Source: a virus
IMG/VR virus record: IMGVR_UViG_3300045988_144476
Length of the DNA: 64,000 nucleotides
Strand: one strand, 5' to 3'
Below are positions 8,136 to 17,374 of the stretch, one piece after another (the stretch's first letter is position 1; each line of letters opens with the position of its first letter). The notes below the pieces were generated by a model. It was given only the letters and a program-made list of their open reading frames with translations. It did no database searches and was not told where the DNA came from. Both the position numbers and the translations under genes were made by a program.

Positions 8136-8573
8136 ATGGATATCAATAATTTAACAAAAAAGCAGGCGATTGCAGAACATCGTAAGATGTGGAACTGGAT
8201 CGCAGATAGATTAGAGGAACATCATCCTGGTTATGATGTCTATATGTATAAAAGGGAATATATGGAAGAAAACTTTCCAAATAATAATATTAGACACTAT
8301 TGTTTTTGTTGCCAGTATGCTGTGCAAGAAAATGATGGTGATGGTTATACTAATTATTGTATTAATTGTCCATTGGTTTGGGGTACGGAGGCTGATACAG
8401 ATGACTTCTTTTGTGAGCAAGGCAATTACGATATTCCAATTGAAGATTTATCTTTGTTTGAATCTAATAAAAAATATGGATTATGGTCTTATGCACAGAG
8501 ATTAACAGAAAATCATTGTTACGATAAAGCTGCTAAGGTTGCAAGGCAGATAGCAAATTTACCAGAAAGGTAG
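8136..8573 (+). CDS. hypothetical Cys-rich protein
   Basis: ATG 8136 behind GAAAGGAAG. Confidence 0.65.
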   Translation: MDINNLTKKQAIAEHRKMWNWIADRLEEHHPGYDVYMYKREYMEENFPNNNIRHYCFCCQYAVQENDGDGYTNYCINCPLVWGTEADTDDFFCEQGNYDIPIEDLSLFESNKKYGLWSYAQRLTENHCYDKAAKVARQIANLPER

Positions 8574-8579
8574 GTTAAC

Positions 8580-8960
8580 ATGACAAGAGCAGAATTTGAT
8601 CAGATGATGAAAAGAAACTTTAAACATTTTAATGTTCCGAAAGATAGTTATGGGGGTTTACTTTTATGGATTCCAAAGTATAAAGAATTTCTTTCAATGC
8701 ATTTTGGTGACGGAACCAATGCATATGATCTTGAAGAAGGATGCGAGGATTACATTTATTATACTCAGTTCGATTTGGAAGATCCATTTGAGGCTGGAGA
8801 TGAAGAATTAACTCTTGAAGAAACTGATGGAGGCCAGATGGATATTTTGAATGCAGATGTATATAACAATGATATAAGTAAAGTGATTCCGGATTTACTT
8901 TTGTTTATTTATGATGAATTTATAGAAGTAATTCCGATTCAGTTTTATAGTGTTGAATAA
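8580..8960 (+). CDS. hypothetical acidic protein
   Basis: 126-aa ORF. Confidence 0.65.
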   Translation: MTRAEFDQMMKRNFKHFNVPKDSYGGLLLWIPKYKEFLSMHFGDGTNAYDLEEGCEDYIYYTQFDLEDPFEAGDEELTLEETDGGQMDILNADVYNNDISKVIPDLLLFIYDEFIEVIPIQFYSVE

Positions 8961-8975
8961 TAATGATTTAATCAA
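8961..8975 (+). repeat. 15-nt intergenic motif copy
   Basis: TAATGATTTAATCAA. Confidence 0.7.
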
Positions 8976-8992
8976 ACGGATGGAAAATAATT

Positions 8993-9289
8993 ATGAAAAA
9001 TACAACAGTATCATTAAGAATTTATGAAAACGTAAAGAAATATTTTGAAAAGAATAATATGCCGTATGATGTACAGGAAATTATTCCAGACAAAAGTCCA
9101 TTTAACGACTATCTCTTCATTGTGATTGCAAAACATAGAGAATATTCAGAAATTAAAAAAGCATATGGTGGTGGTCCATGGGTCGTATGGAGCAGCTGGA
9201 ATGAAAGCACGCAGTGCTTAAATCATGGTCACTTTGACATAGTGGATTATGACAAGGCATATGCACTTGCGATGGATTTGAGAGCGTAA
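8993..9289 (+). CDS. hypothetical protein
   Basis: 98-aa ORF downstream of a motif copy at 8961. Confidence 0.65.
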   Translation: MKNTTVSLRIYENVKKYFEKNNMPYDVQEIIPDKSPFNDYLFIVIAKHREYSEIKKAYGGGPWVVWSSWNESTQCLNHGHFDIVDYDKAYALAMDLRA

Positions 9290-9333
9290 GAGTTAGATTT
9301 AAGCTAGTAATCTAGGTAAAGGAGTGAGTGAGA

Positions 9334-9789
9334 ATGTGGAAGTTGGAGAGTTATATAAAAGAAGATAGGATCCCTTATATAACAAAAACAGAAATTTGTG
9401 ATGAAAAGGTTATTGTAAATACTCCAAAAAAAGTATTTAGCATGTTTAATACATATTTTAGTCTTGGACTAAGATCGGAAGAATATGTGTACATGGTTTC
9501 AATGGATACAAAGTGTAATGTTATTGGAATATTCGAAGTATCACATGGATGTATTAATCGGTCAATTCTAAGTCCAAGAGAAATTTTTATGAAAGCTTTG
9601 TTATCTGGGGCAGCTTCGATTATATTAGCACATAATCATCCAAGCGGAGATTGTTCTCCTTCACAAATGGACCGTGATTGTTGTTATAGAATACATAAAG
9701 CCGGAAAAATGTTAGGTATTGAACTAGCAGACTTTCTTGTAATAAGCGAAAAAACATACTGTTCTTTTAAAGAACAAGCATATTTGTGA
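9334..9789 (+). CDS. radC: RadC-like JAB/MPN metalloprotease-domain protein
   Basis: HNHPSGDCSPSQMD (JAMM H-x-H-P-S-G...S-x-x-D box); AAAGGAG SD. Confidence 0.85.
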   Translation: MWKLESYIKEDRIPYITKTEICDEKVIVNTPKKVFSMFNTYFSLGLRSEEYVYMVSMDTKCNVIGIFEVSHGCINRSILSPREIFMKALLSGAASIILAHNHPSGDCSPSQMDRDCCYRIHKAGKMLGIELADFLVISEKTYCSFKEQAYL

Positions 9790-9799
9790 GGTGAGTGAG

Positions 9800-9997
9800 A
9801 TGAAGGTACTTGTAACTGTAACAGAAACTTATACGCATACATATTTGGTAGAAGCTGAATCACAGGAAGATGCTATAAGATATGCAGAAGATAAAGGATT
9901 GGATTGTGATGTATTTAATGATTATTGTGAAACAGAATATGAAGCAAGATTACCTGAAGGAGAAGATCTTAGCATATATGAATTTGTGGAGGGATAA
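9800..9997 (+). CDS. hypothetical protein
   Basis: ATG 9800 behind GAGGTGAGTGAG. Confidence 0.55.
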   Translation: MKVLVTVTETYTHTYLVEAESQEDAIRYAEDKGLDCDVFNDYCETEYEARLPEGEDLSIYEFVEG

Positions 9998-9999
9998 GA

Positions 10000-10188
10000 A
10001 TGTGGAACGAACTTTATGATATTACACCTAATGAATTGAGTCAGATTATGGAGCTGTGTAGACACAGTGAGTGGATTTGTACAAGGTTTGAACCAAAAGA
10101 AACATTATATATTCTTTTTCTAAAAGTAGACGAAAATGATAATGTAATTGATAAAAGATCATTTGACTTTTTAAAATATAAATATTGA
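10000..10188 (+). CDS. hypothetical protein
   Basis: 62-aa ORF, GGAGGG SD. Confidence 0.55.
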   Translation: MWNELYDITPNELSQIMELCRHSEWICTRFEPKETLYILFLKVDENDNVIDKRSFDFLKYKY

Positions 10189-10197
10189 GGTGATCAT

Positions 10198-10890
10198 ATG
10201 GCAGTAGATATCAGAGAGAAGATCCAGAAGCTCTTAGCATTATCAAAATCATCAAATGAGCATGAAGCTTATGCAGCATTAATGAAAGCAAGGGAATTGA
10301 TTGCTAAGAACAAGCTTGATGAGAGAGAGTTTCAAAAGAAAGAAGAGAAGCAAGTGATTAAAACCATGAGCATTCAAGGATTGTCATTTAGCATGAGAAG
10401 AGATCCTTGGGTTCAATATCTTGCTCAGGTTGTTTCTGAGAACTATTGTTGTAAAACTTTCTTTGAGATGAAAAAGCGAACAAGATATGTAAATTTCTCT
10501 GGTCTTTCAGAAGATGTAGACATTTGTACTGATGTATTCAGATATGCATTGGAGTGTGCTAGATCTGGAATTGAGAAAGAGAAAAGAAAGTATTATAAAT
10601 CATCAACAAAAGAAAAAACACTTATATCAGATAGTTATGGCTGTGGTTTTGTGAAAGGGCTTAATGAAGCATTCATTAAACAGAATCAAGAAAATGAAAG
10701 AGATTGGGGATTAATATTAAAATGCCCTAAAGAAGTAAGTGATTTCATTGATAATATCACAGAAACGGTTAATACAAAGTGTAAAAAAGATGTTGATGAA
10801 TCAATATTTAATACCGGTTACGTTGAAGGCAAACAATTTACAACAAGAAAACAGTTAGGCGAAGAGAATGTCAAGATAGAAAGAAGTTAA
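10198..10890 (+). CDS. DUF2786-like protein
   Basis: N-terminus KIQKLLALSKSSNEHEAYAALMKARELIAK resembles the DUF2786 signature (recalled from memory, not searched). Confidence 0.6.
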   Translation: MAVDIREKIQKLLALSKSSNEHEAYAALMKARELIAKNKLDEREFQKKEEKQVIKTMSIQGLSFSMRRDPWVQYLAQVVSENYCCKTFFEMKKRTRYVNFSGLSEDVDICTDVFRYALECARSGIEKEKRKYYKSSTKEKTLISDSYGCGFVKGLNEAFIKQNQENERDWGLILKCPKEVSDFIDNITETVNTKCKKDVDESIFNTGYVEGKQFTTRKQLGEENVKIERS

Positions 10891-10895
10891 ATAAT

Positions 10896-11078
10896 ATGAC
10901 ACATTGCTATATATGTGATAAATCAGACATAACCAATCCAAATGTAAAAGTAACATATCATGGAAAAAGAAATGGTAAGAGGGTCCAAAAAACTATAAGG
11001 ATTTGTGGCAGCTGTGGATCCTGGATGACAGATGAGGAAATAAGAGAGCAGGTTAGAGAATGGGAAGGATGGGATTAA
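10896..11078 (+). CDS. small zinc-ribbon protein
   Basis: CYIC...CGSC pairs. Confidence 0.55.
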   Translation: MTHCYICDKSDITNPNVKVTYHGKRNGKRVQKTIRICGSCGSWMTDEEIREQVREWEGWD

Positions 11079-11079
11079 T

Positions 11080-11454
11080 ATGCAGATAATTAATCATGGG
11101 AGTATTATAGTGCCGCCAAATGCAAAGAGTTTACTTGTAACCATTTTAGATGTAGTAGGTTTTGAGTTTGTAGATGATAATATTTTAGTTGATGAAATAC
11201 AAGCTACCGTAGAAATTAACGAAGATGGAGATATTGAAGAGAAATTAAGAAAAGTAGTAGATGCATTTACTGCATTGGATATTTATATCAATGTAAGCGT
11301 TAATTATTATGGTGATTACGAAGGCAGATATATTGTAAGTGACGGAGATTTAATTGATTTAGATAAAACGGAAGTAGCCATTATGGATTCTAATGATGAT
11401 GATTTAATCAAAGAACTTGAGAACAGAGGATACAAAGTAACAAAAGAAGAGTAA
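11080..11454 (+). CDS. hypothetical acidic protein
   Basis: 124-aa ORF. Confidence 0.6.
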   Translation: MQIINHGSIIVPPNAKSLLVTILDVVGFEFVDDNILVDEIQATVEINEDGDIEEKLRKVVDAFTALDIYINVSVNYYGDYEGRYIVSDGDLIDLDKTEVAIMDSNDDDLIKELENRGYKVTKEE

Positions 11455-11485
11455 ATAATAAATTAAACAAAAGGAGATTGATATT

Positions 11486-11743
11486 ATGAAACAGATTATA
11501 AAATTTATAGATACAGATGTTGATGGTTGCGGCACAAACATAGAAATAATGATTCAAATTAAAGGTAAACATGAAATAACAAATGGGGTTATTCGAAGAA
11601 CATCAAATGTTATTGAAAAATATAAAAAAGATAATAAAGGAGAATGGGATACTGATAGCATTATCAGTACAGCATGTGAACATTTAAAAACAGAAGGTTA
11701 TACATGCTGCTATATCGCAGAAGATGCAACAATTGAATTTTAA
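11486..11743 (+). CDS. hypothetical protein
   Basis: 85-aa ORF, AAGGAG SD. Confidence 0.6.
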   Translation: MKQIIKFIDTDVDGCGTNIEIMIQIKGKHEITNGVIRRTSNVIEKYKKDNKGEWDTDSIISTACEHLKTEGYTCCYIAEDATIEF

Positions 11744-11775
11744 ATCAAAGATTTATTATAAAGGAGATTGATATT

Positions 11776-12759
11776 ATGATGACAAATTTAACTGGAGAAA
11801 GACGCACAAGTACAGTAACACATGTAGAATCCATGTTTGATGCAAGAGATACAAGAAAAAATCCGTGGGATGGACTTGGAAAAGAAATTAAAGGAGCAGT
11901 CACATCAAAGGATGCAATTAAATTGGCTGGCCTTGATTGGAATGTAGTATCAAGAGTTGTAGTTGACAAGACAACAGGAATTGAAATTCCAAACTGGAAG
12001 GCAAACGTAAGAGATATTGATGATAGTGTACTTGGTATGGTTTCAGGAAGATATCAGATTGTTCAGAATGAAGAAGCATTTGCTTTTACTGATTCTCTTC
12101 TTGGTGAAGGAGTTACATATGAAACGGCTGGTTCTCTTAACGGAGGTAAAAGAGTTTGGATGTTAGCTAGACTTGAAGGAAGAGATCTTGCCGGTGAAAA
12201 GATTGATCCGTATCTGGTATTTACAAACAGCCATGATGGAAAAGGATCTGTAAGAGTAGCAATGACTCCGATCAGAGTATGGTGTAGCAACACACTTAAC
12301 TTAGCATTAAGAAAAGCACAGAGACAGTGGAGTTGTACTCATACTGGAGATATTGGTGGCAAGCTTGAAGATGCAAGATTAACTATTATGAATTCAGAAA
12401 AATATCTTGGTGCTCTTAAAGATGAATTTGAAACATTGAAGATGCATAAAATCAGCAAAGATAAAATGTTTGATTTTACAAAGGAACTTCTTCCAATCGA
12501 TGCTGTAAAAGACACGGCTGTTAAGGTGAGAAGAATTACTGAGGAAAGAGAACTTCTCATGAATTGTTGGGATGCGCCAGATTTGCAGCAGACAGAAAAT
12601 AGCTTATTCAAGTTTGTAAATGCTGTATCTGATTTCTCAACACATAAACCAGCTAAGAGAAATACAAAAACTGGTCAGGAAAATAGATTTTATAGTGTAG
12701 TCAATGGAGATACATTGATTGATAAAGCTTATCAGATTGCTCAGAGGGAGTTGATTTAA
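11776..12759 (+). CDS. DUF932-like (phage/plasmid-associated) protein
   Basis: RYQIVQNEEAFAFTDSLLGEG...GSLNGGKRVWMLARL...VFTNSHDGKGSVRV pattern typical of the family (recalled). Confidence 0.75.
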   Translation: MMTNLTGERRTSTVTHVESMFDARDTRKNPWDGLGKEIKGAVTSKDAIKLAGLDWNVVSRVVVDKTTGIEIPNWKANVRDIDDSVLGMVSGRYQIVQNEEAFAFTDSLLGEGVTYETAGSLNGGKRVWMLARLEGRDLAGEKIDPYLVFTNSHDGKGSVRVAMTPIRVWCSNTLNLALRKAQRQWSCTHTGDIGGKLEDARLTIMNSEKYLGALKDEFETLKMHKISKDKMFDFTKELLPIDAVKDTAVKVRRITEERELLMNCWDAPDLQQTENSLFKFVNAVSDFSTHKPAKRNTKTGQENRFYSVVNGDTLIDKAYQIAQRELI

Positions 12760-13014
12760 ATGGAAATAAGTTTATATTTAGTAACATTTAGACCAACATT
12801 TACTCAGTTTCTTTGTAATGTAAATAACAAAAAAGATGCTATTGACGCAGCGATGAAAGCAAACATAGAAATGGGTAATGTTGATGGGATGAAAAATAAA
12901 GACAACTATCAAGTAGAAATTGTCGGATGGGATTTGTTAAAAGAAATCCTAAGAAGAGATTATTGCTATGGAACTATTAATAACACAGTTGTATTTGATG
13001 GGCGATCAATATGA
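12760..13014 (+). CDS. hypothetical protein
   Basis: 84-aa ORF, GAGGGAG SD. Confidence 0.55.
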   Translation: MEISLYLVTFRPTFTQFLCNVNNKKDAIDAAMKANIEMGNVDGMKNKDNYQVEIVGWDLLKEILRRDYCYGTINNTVVFDGRSI

Positions 13015-13178
13015 AGGTATTTGATAATAAAGGAAACACAATGGAAATTCAGCAGACTCCGGACCAGAAGTGGTTCGGGTTCTGTGAACAGACAAATGAA
13101 TATACACCAGCTTTTATGAGTCTGAAGAATCTTATGAGAATGATTAAAGAGAAAGGATTTGAGGTAGAAGATGTTTGA
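13011..13178 (+). CDS. possible small protein
   Basis: 55-aa ORF MKVFDNKGNTMEIQQ...; ATGA overlap with previous stop; fills a gap. Confidence 0.45.
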   Translation: MKVFDNKGNTMEIQQTPDQKWFGFCEQTNEYTPAFMSLKNLMRMIKEKGFEVEDV

Positions 13179-13749
13179 TTTAGAAGGTAAATATGTAAGG
13201 GTAAATAATTATGAAGAACTTGATTGTTTGTTTGAATATGCAAATAAACATGGATGGAAATGGGGAAATGATGGAAAGGAATTAGATGCTTCATTGTTTA
13301 GAGATGTAAAAAAATATCCATTCTCAATTTATTTCAAAAATAATAAAAAAGTGCGTTGGGATTACTCTAGTAATAGTAATACAGATTTTAAAGATATTGA
13401 AAAGTATCTTAAGCCTGAAAAAGAAATTGAAAAAGAAATGACAGCAAGAGAATTTCTTAAGAGTTTTGTAGATATACGTAGTTGCGGAGGGCGCAGATGT
13501 ACAGAATGTGTATTAAGCAAAAGGAACAGTAAGTGTGAGCTTAGTTTGTGTGATATGAATAACTGGAAAGAAAACATCGACGAATTACTCGAAATTGTGG
13601 CATCAGGCAGAACTACGGTTTTATCATCAGAAGAGAAAGCAATTGAAAATATTGAGAAGTTAATTCATGAGAAAGATTACATTAAAATGACAGACGAAAT
13701 TAAGGATTCATTAAAATTGGCGATTGAAAAATTAAAAGAGGTGAAGTAG
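13171..13749 (+). CDS. hypothetical protein
   Basis: 192-aa ORF, GAGG SD. Confidence 0.65.
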   Translation: MFDLEGKYVRVNNYEELDCLFEYANKHGWKWGNDGKELDASLFRDVKKYPFSIYFKNNKKVRWDYSSNSNTDFKDIEKYLKPEKEIEKEMTAREFLKSFVDIRSCGGRRCTECVLSKRNSKCELSLCDMNNWKENIDELLEIVASGRTTVLSSEEKAIENIEKLIHEKDYIKMTDEIKDSLKLAIEKLKEVK

Positions 13750-13986
13750 ATGCGCTTAATTGATGCGGATGCAATGAATGAAGAGTTATTTTACAAGCAA
13801 GTTGGAGGAAAAGACAGTTTAATTACGGCAGAAAGTGCGTTTAAAATGATTGATGCGCAGCCGATCGCCTATGATGTGGAAGCAGTTGTGGAGCAGTTGG
13901 ACACATACATAACAAAACTGGTCGGAAGAAATTCCGCACTATACCAGACAGTTATGCAGATCGTGAAAGGCGGTGGAGTTGAATGA
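13750..13986 (+). CDS. hypothetical protein
   Basis: 78-aa ORF, GAGGTG SD. Confidence 0.6.
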   Translation: MRLIDADAMNEELFYKQVGGKDSLITAESAFKMIDAQPIAYDVEAVVEQLDTYITKLVGRNSALYQTVMQIVKGGGVE

Positions 13987-14258
13987 ATAAATCAGTATTA
14001 GTGATGGATACACCAAGAACATGTATGAGATGCCCTTTTGGCTTGATCAGTGGCGATTATTTCTTTTGCATTATTACAATAGACAAAGACGGTGCTGCTA
14101 GGCAAATTAGAGATGATTTATATGGGGTTAAAAAACAAGATTGGTGTCCATTGAAGCCATTACCGGAGAAAATGACCGAAGTAGCTCAAACAGATCACTG
14201 GGACAGCATAAAAGCAGGTTGGAATGCTTGTATTAATAAGATTACAGGAAAATCATGA
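13983..14258 (+). CDS. hypothetical Cys-containing protein
   Basis: 91-aa ORF, ATGA overlap. Confidence 0.6.
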   Translation: MNKSVLVMDTPRTCMRCPFGLISGDYFFCIITIDKDGAARQIRDDLYGVKKQDWCPLKPLPEKMTEVAQTDHWDSIKAGWNACINKITGKS

Positions 14259-14302
14259 AAAAGCTGAGTTGTGAACACATGATTTCGTATAGGAGGTGAA
14301 AT

Positions 14303-14578
14303 ATGAGTTTTACTATAACATTCCCAGTAGATATTGGAACATTTGTAATTACAGATACAAGTGTTGATTTAAATAATCCGAATAATTTAAAAGGAAACTT
14401 AGGAAGTATATCATGTTATCAATGTGTTGATGACAAAGAAGATGATTTTATTGTTATGGTATCTGGATATAAAGATTCTTGGTGTGGTGAATATTTGCTT
14501 AGTAAATTAAAAATTGCTACAGACAAACAAGTTAAAGAATACGAAATGTTAATGGGGGATAAAGCAAATGGATATTGA
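14303..14578 (+). CDS. hypothetical protein
   Basis: 91-aa ORF, AGGAGGTG SD. Confidence 0.6.
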   Translation: MSFTITFPVDIGTFVITDTSVDLNNPNNLKGNLGSISCYQCVDDKEDDFIVMVSGYKDSWCGEYLLSKLKIATDKQVKEYEMLMGDKANGY

Positions 14579-14607
14579 TGAAATTACAGAAGGAAGAGAT
14601 GAAGTAG

Positions 14608-14829
14608 ATGATAAAAATTAGCAAAATTGCCTTTGAAGCATTAAGAGATACGGACGGAAATGTTTCAAGAAAACCAGCGGAATGGTGGAGAAGAAATAAG
14701 TTGGCATGTATTTGGTGCATATTGTGTATACTGGCAGAGATTCCAATAACAATATTAAGATTTGTACTTATGACAATTTGTTTTATTCCACATAAAATTT
14801 ATGAGCATTTAGAAGATATGTCTTTTTAA
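14608..14829 (+). CDS. small membrane protein (hypothetical)
   Basis: 73 aa; hydrophobic stretch ACIWCILCILAEIPITILRFVLMTICFI. Confidence 0.5.
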   Translation: MIKISKIAFEALRDTDGNVSRKPAEWWRRNKLACIWCILCILAEIPITILRFVLMTICFIPHKIYEHLEDMSF

Positions 14830-14841
14830 GAGGTGAAATAG

Positions 14842-15303
14842 ATGGAGAGATTAACAGAAAGATACAAAGATCCTATTGCGAACACAGTTTTAATCAAGGA
14901 ATGTGGGGATAAACTTTGCAAAAATATTTGTGACGATATTGAATATGATTGTAGCAAATGTGGATTAGAGAAAGCTCTTGAAAAACTTGCTGATTATGAG
15001 GATCTAGAAGAATGTGGCTTGCTTATGAGATTACCGTGTAAGGTTGGAGATGATGTGTATATCATTCCAAGTCCAACTGTTTACAGATTAAATATTATTA
15101 ATGGTTATGAGAAGCTCAATAAAATATGCCATCAGCATGTTGGGACTATTGTGATTACTGCTGGACATTGGTACGCGACAAGTCGTGAAGAATATGGCGT
15201 TTACAATGAAAAAGTTCTTAATGATATTGCTTTTGGAACGACATGGTTTCTCACCCGTGAAGAAGCTGAGAAGAAGTTGGAGGAGATGAAAAATGAAATT
15301 TAA
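14842..15303 (+). CDS. hypothetical protein
   Basis: 153-aa ORF, GAGGTG SD. Confidence 0.65.
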   Translation: MERLTERYKDPIANTVLIKECGDKLCKNICDDIEYDCSKCGLEKALEKLADYEDLEECGLLMRLPCKVGDDVYIIPSPTVYRLNIINGYEKLNKICHQHVGTIVITAGHWYATSREEYGVYNEKVLNDIAFGTTWFLTREEAEKKLEEMKNEI

Positions 15304-15320
15304 TTTTAAGGAGGCACAAA

Positions 15321-15530
15321 ATGGGAAGAAACATTTATTTTACGGATAGAGAATTAAGCATGGTAAGAGACTATGTGTTTGAAGCAACTGATATTTTAGG
15401 CAATGCTTCTGATACAGCAAAACAAGTAGACGAAGACATGGAGAATGGTCTTGGCTCTGCTTTGCGAAAATTATACAAAGGTTGTATTGGAGAATCAAAA
15501 TACGCAAAGTATAAAACCAAACGAGGATAA
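15321..15530 (+). CDS. hypothetical protein
   Basis: 69-aa ORF, AAGGAGG SD. Confidence 0.55.
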   Translation: MGRNIYFTDRELSMVRDYVFEATDILGNASDTAKQVDEDMENGLGSALRKLYKGCIGESKYAKYKTKRG

Positions 15531-15574
15531 AATATTATTAATCCGATAGAGAAGAAGTTAGAGGAGATAATATC

Positions 15575-15985
15575 ATGTTAAAAGAAGAATTAACATTTGA
15601 AAGAAAAACAGCAGCAGTAATTACAGTAGACTTTTCTGCACCTAAAATTGAAGGATACGCAATGGCTTGGTTAAAACTTTGCAATAATGCAAGGGAGTAT
15701 AAGAGCATTATCTGGAAGATTAAGAATGATTCAAGTAATGAAGTTTATGTTTGGTGTAATCCGGATCGTAAAGATGAAGTTATAGAATTTCTTACAGGTA
15801 TTGTGGAATTTTATGAAGGAGACAAGATTACTCCAATAGGCAAAGTAATTGATGTGTCCGAAGAAGTAATCGGTGTTCCTGTTTATGAATATAAAACCAC
15901 TTGCGACTCAGATGATGAACAATGGTATGAGGATATTGATCATGCTATTTCAAATTGGGCAGCAATACAAGAAGTTTTTGATTAA
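15575..15985 (+). CDS. hypothetical protein
   Basis: 136-aa ORF, GAGGAG SD. Confidence 0.65.
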   Translation: MLKEELTFERKTAAVITVDFSAPKIEGYAMAWLKLCNNAREYKSIIWKIKNDSSNEVYVWCNPDRKDEVIEFLTGIVEFYEGDKITPIGKVIDVSEEVIGVPVYEYKTTCDSDDEQWYEDIDHAISNWAAIQEVFD

Positions 15986-16002
15986 GGAAGGTGATATATA
16001 TC

Positions 16003-16308
16003 ATGAAGAAAATTATTAATGGTAAAAAATATGATACAGATACAGCAAAGGAAATCGGTTACTGGAACAATGGACATTTTCGTAATGATTTTTATTATGC
16101 TGAAGAAACTTTATATAAAAAGAAAACTGGAGAGTTTTTCTTATATTGTGAAGGTGGGGCGGCTAGTAATTATAGTCACAAAGAAGGAAATGTGATGATA
16201 GGTGGCTGGGAATTAAAATCAATTACAGAAGATGAAGCTAAGAAATGGGCCGAAGATCATTTAACTGTGGAAGAATATGAAGGAATATTTGGAAAGGTGG
16301 AAGAGTGA
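16003..16308 (+). CDS. hypothetical protein
   Basis: ATG 16003 behind AAGGAAGGTG. Confidence 0.6.
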   Translation: MKKIINGKKYDTDTAKEIGYWNNGHFRNDFYYAEETLYKKKTGEFFLYCEGGAASNYSHKEGNVMIGGWELKSITEDEAKKWAEDHLTVEEYEGIFGKVEE

Positions 16309-16676
16309 AATTTAATGAAAAATGTAAAATTCGATTACTTAGAGATTTTTCGAGAGATGACTTGAGAATGGGTGATGTTTTTATTGTTTATAAATATCGA
16401 AATTTTGCTGATAACATTACATATCTTAATCCGAAAACATATCTTAAGTTTAATCCAAAAGATGTAAAGGAACTTTCAGACAATGCAAAAGAATACGTTT
16501 TTAAAATATTTATTTCAGATAAATATGTCGGAAAAATGTCTGTTATAGCTGATTCGGTAGAGGATGCTTATAACACTATGCTAGAGATAATCAGACATAG
16601 ATCATATAAAGCATTTCCGGAATTAGATATTGAATATAGTGTTCAAATAATTGAAGATGGAGATGATAAAGAATGA
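16305..16676 (+). CDS. hypothetical protein
   Basis: 123-aa ORF, GTG start overlapping previous stop. Confidence 0.6.
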   Translation: MKFNEKCKIRLLRDFSRDDLRMGDVFIVYKYRNFADNITYLNPKTYLKFNPKDVKELSDNAKEYVFKIFISDKYVGKMSVIADSVEDAYNTMLEIIRHRSYKAFPELDIEYSVQIIEDGDDKE

Positions 16677-16954
16677 CATTAAAAGAATTATTTAAACAAG
16701 GAAAGCTTCATATTGGTGTAAGCGAAATAAAACAATTTTCAGCAGTTAATATTGGATTTATGAATAATGGAAAAGAAGATGAAACGCAGCTTGATGTTAC
16801 ACATAATATTCTAACAAAGTATGGACAGGAAGAGTTAAATGAATTATTTGAATGGTTTGCAAAAGAATGTAAAGTGCCAAAAGATTCTGTTACATATTGT
16901 GAAGTCGTAGCTACTGCAAATACATATAAAGAATTAATTGAAATGGGATATTGA
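16673..16954 (+). CDS. hypothetical protein
   Basis: 93-aa ORF, ATGA overlap. Confidence 0.6.
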   Translation: MTLKELFKQGKLHIGVSEIKQFSAVNIGFMNNGKEDETQLDVTHNILTKYGQEELNELFEWFAKECKVPKDSVTYCEVVATANTYKELIEMGY

Positions 16955-16963
16955 GGTGATATT

Positions 16964-17365
16964 ATGGGATCATGTTATTGGGTTAAATTAAAAGTTAAAT
17001 TAAATAACAAAGCGAAAGCAATTAAGGCTTTACAGGATAAAATATCCAGAGCTAAGGAAGAAAATGTAGATTATGGATTAACATCATATGTAAAACACAA
17101 AAATTATAATTTAAATAATTTTGATGATTTAATCAAAATATTTCTCTGTGAACATCAAGGTGATTTTGAGGTTGAGACTGTAGAAAATGGATTTACAAAG
17201 TATTCTTCTGGATTTGATGCTTCTTATGGATGGGAAAGCCTAATGATTGAGATGTTTAAAGAGATTTCTCCATATCTGGAAGACAGATCAAAATTATATA
17301 TTAATTGTGATGATGGATGGTACGAATTTGTTGTAGCAAATGGAAAATGGTATCAAACACATTGA
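16964..17365 (+). CDS. hypothetical protein
   Basis: 133-aa ORF, GAGGTG SD. Confidence 0.65.
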   Translation: MGSCYWVKLKVKLNNKAKAIKALQDKISRAKEENVDYGLTSYVKHKNYNLNNFDDLIKIFLCEHQGDFEVETVENGFTKYSSGFDASYGWESLMIEMFKEISPYLEDRSKLYINCDDGWYEFVVANGKWYQTH

Positions 17366-17374
17366 GGTGATTAA

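Noticed and set aside
11396-11410. Intragenic copies of the 15-nt motif (11396, 17122, 51329)
   Set aside because: All three are in frame as GAT-GA(T/A)-TTA-ATC-AAA, encoding D-(D/E)-L-I-K in helical protein segments. With this codon usage they may arise by chance, so they were not counted as regulatory sites. The 17122 copy, 250 nt upstream of the RT gene, is nevertheless worth keeping in mind.
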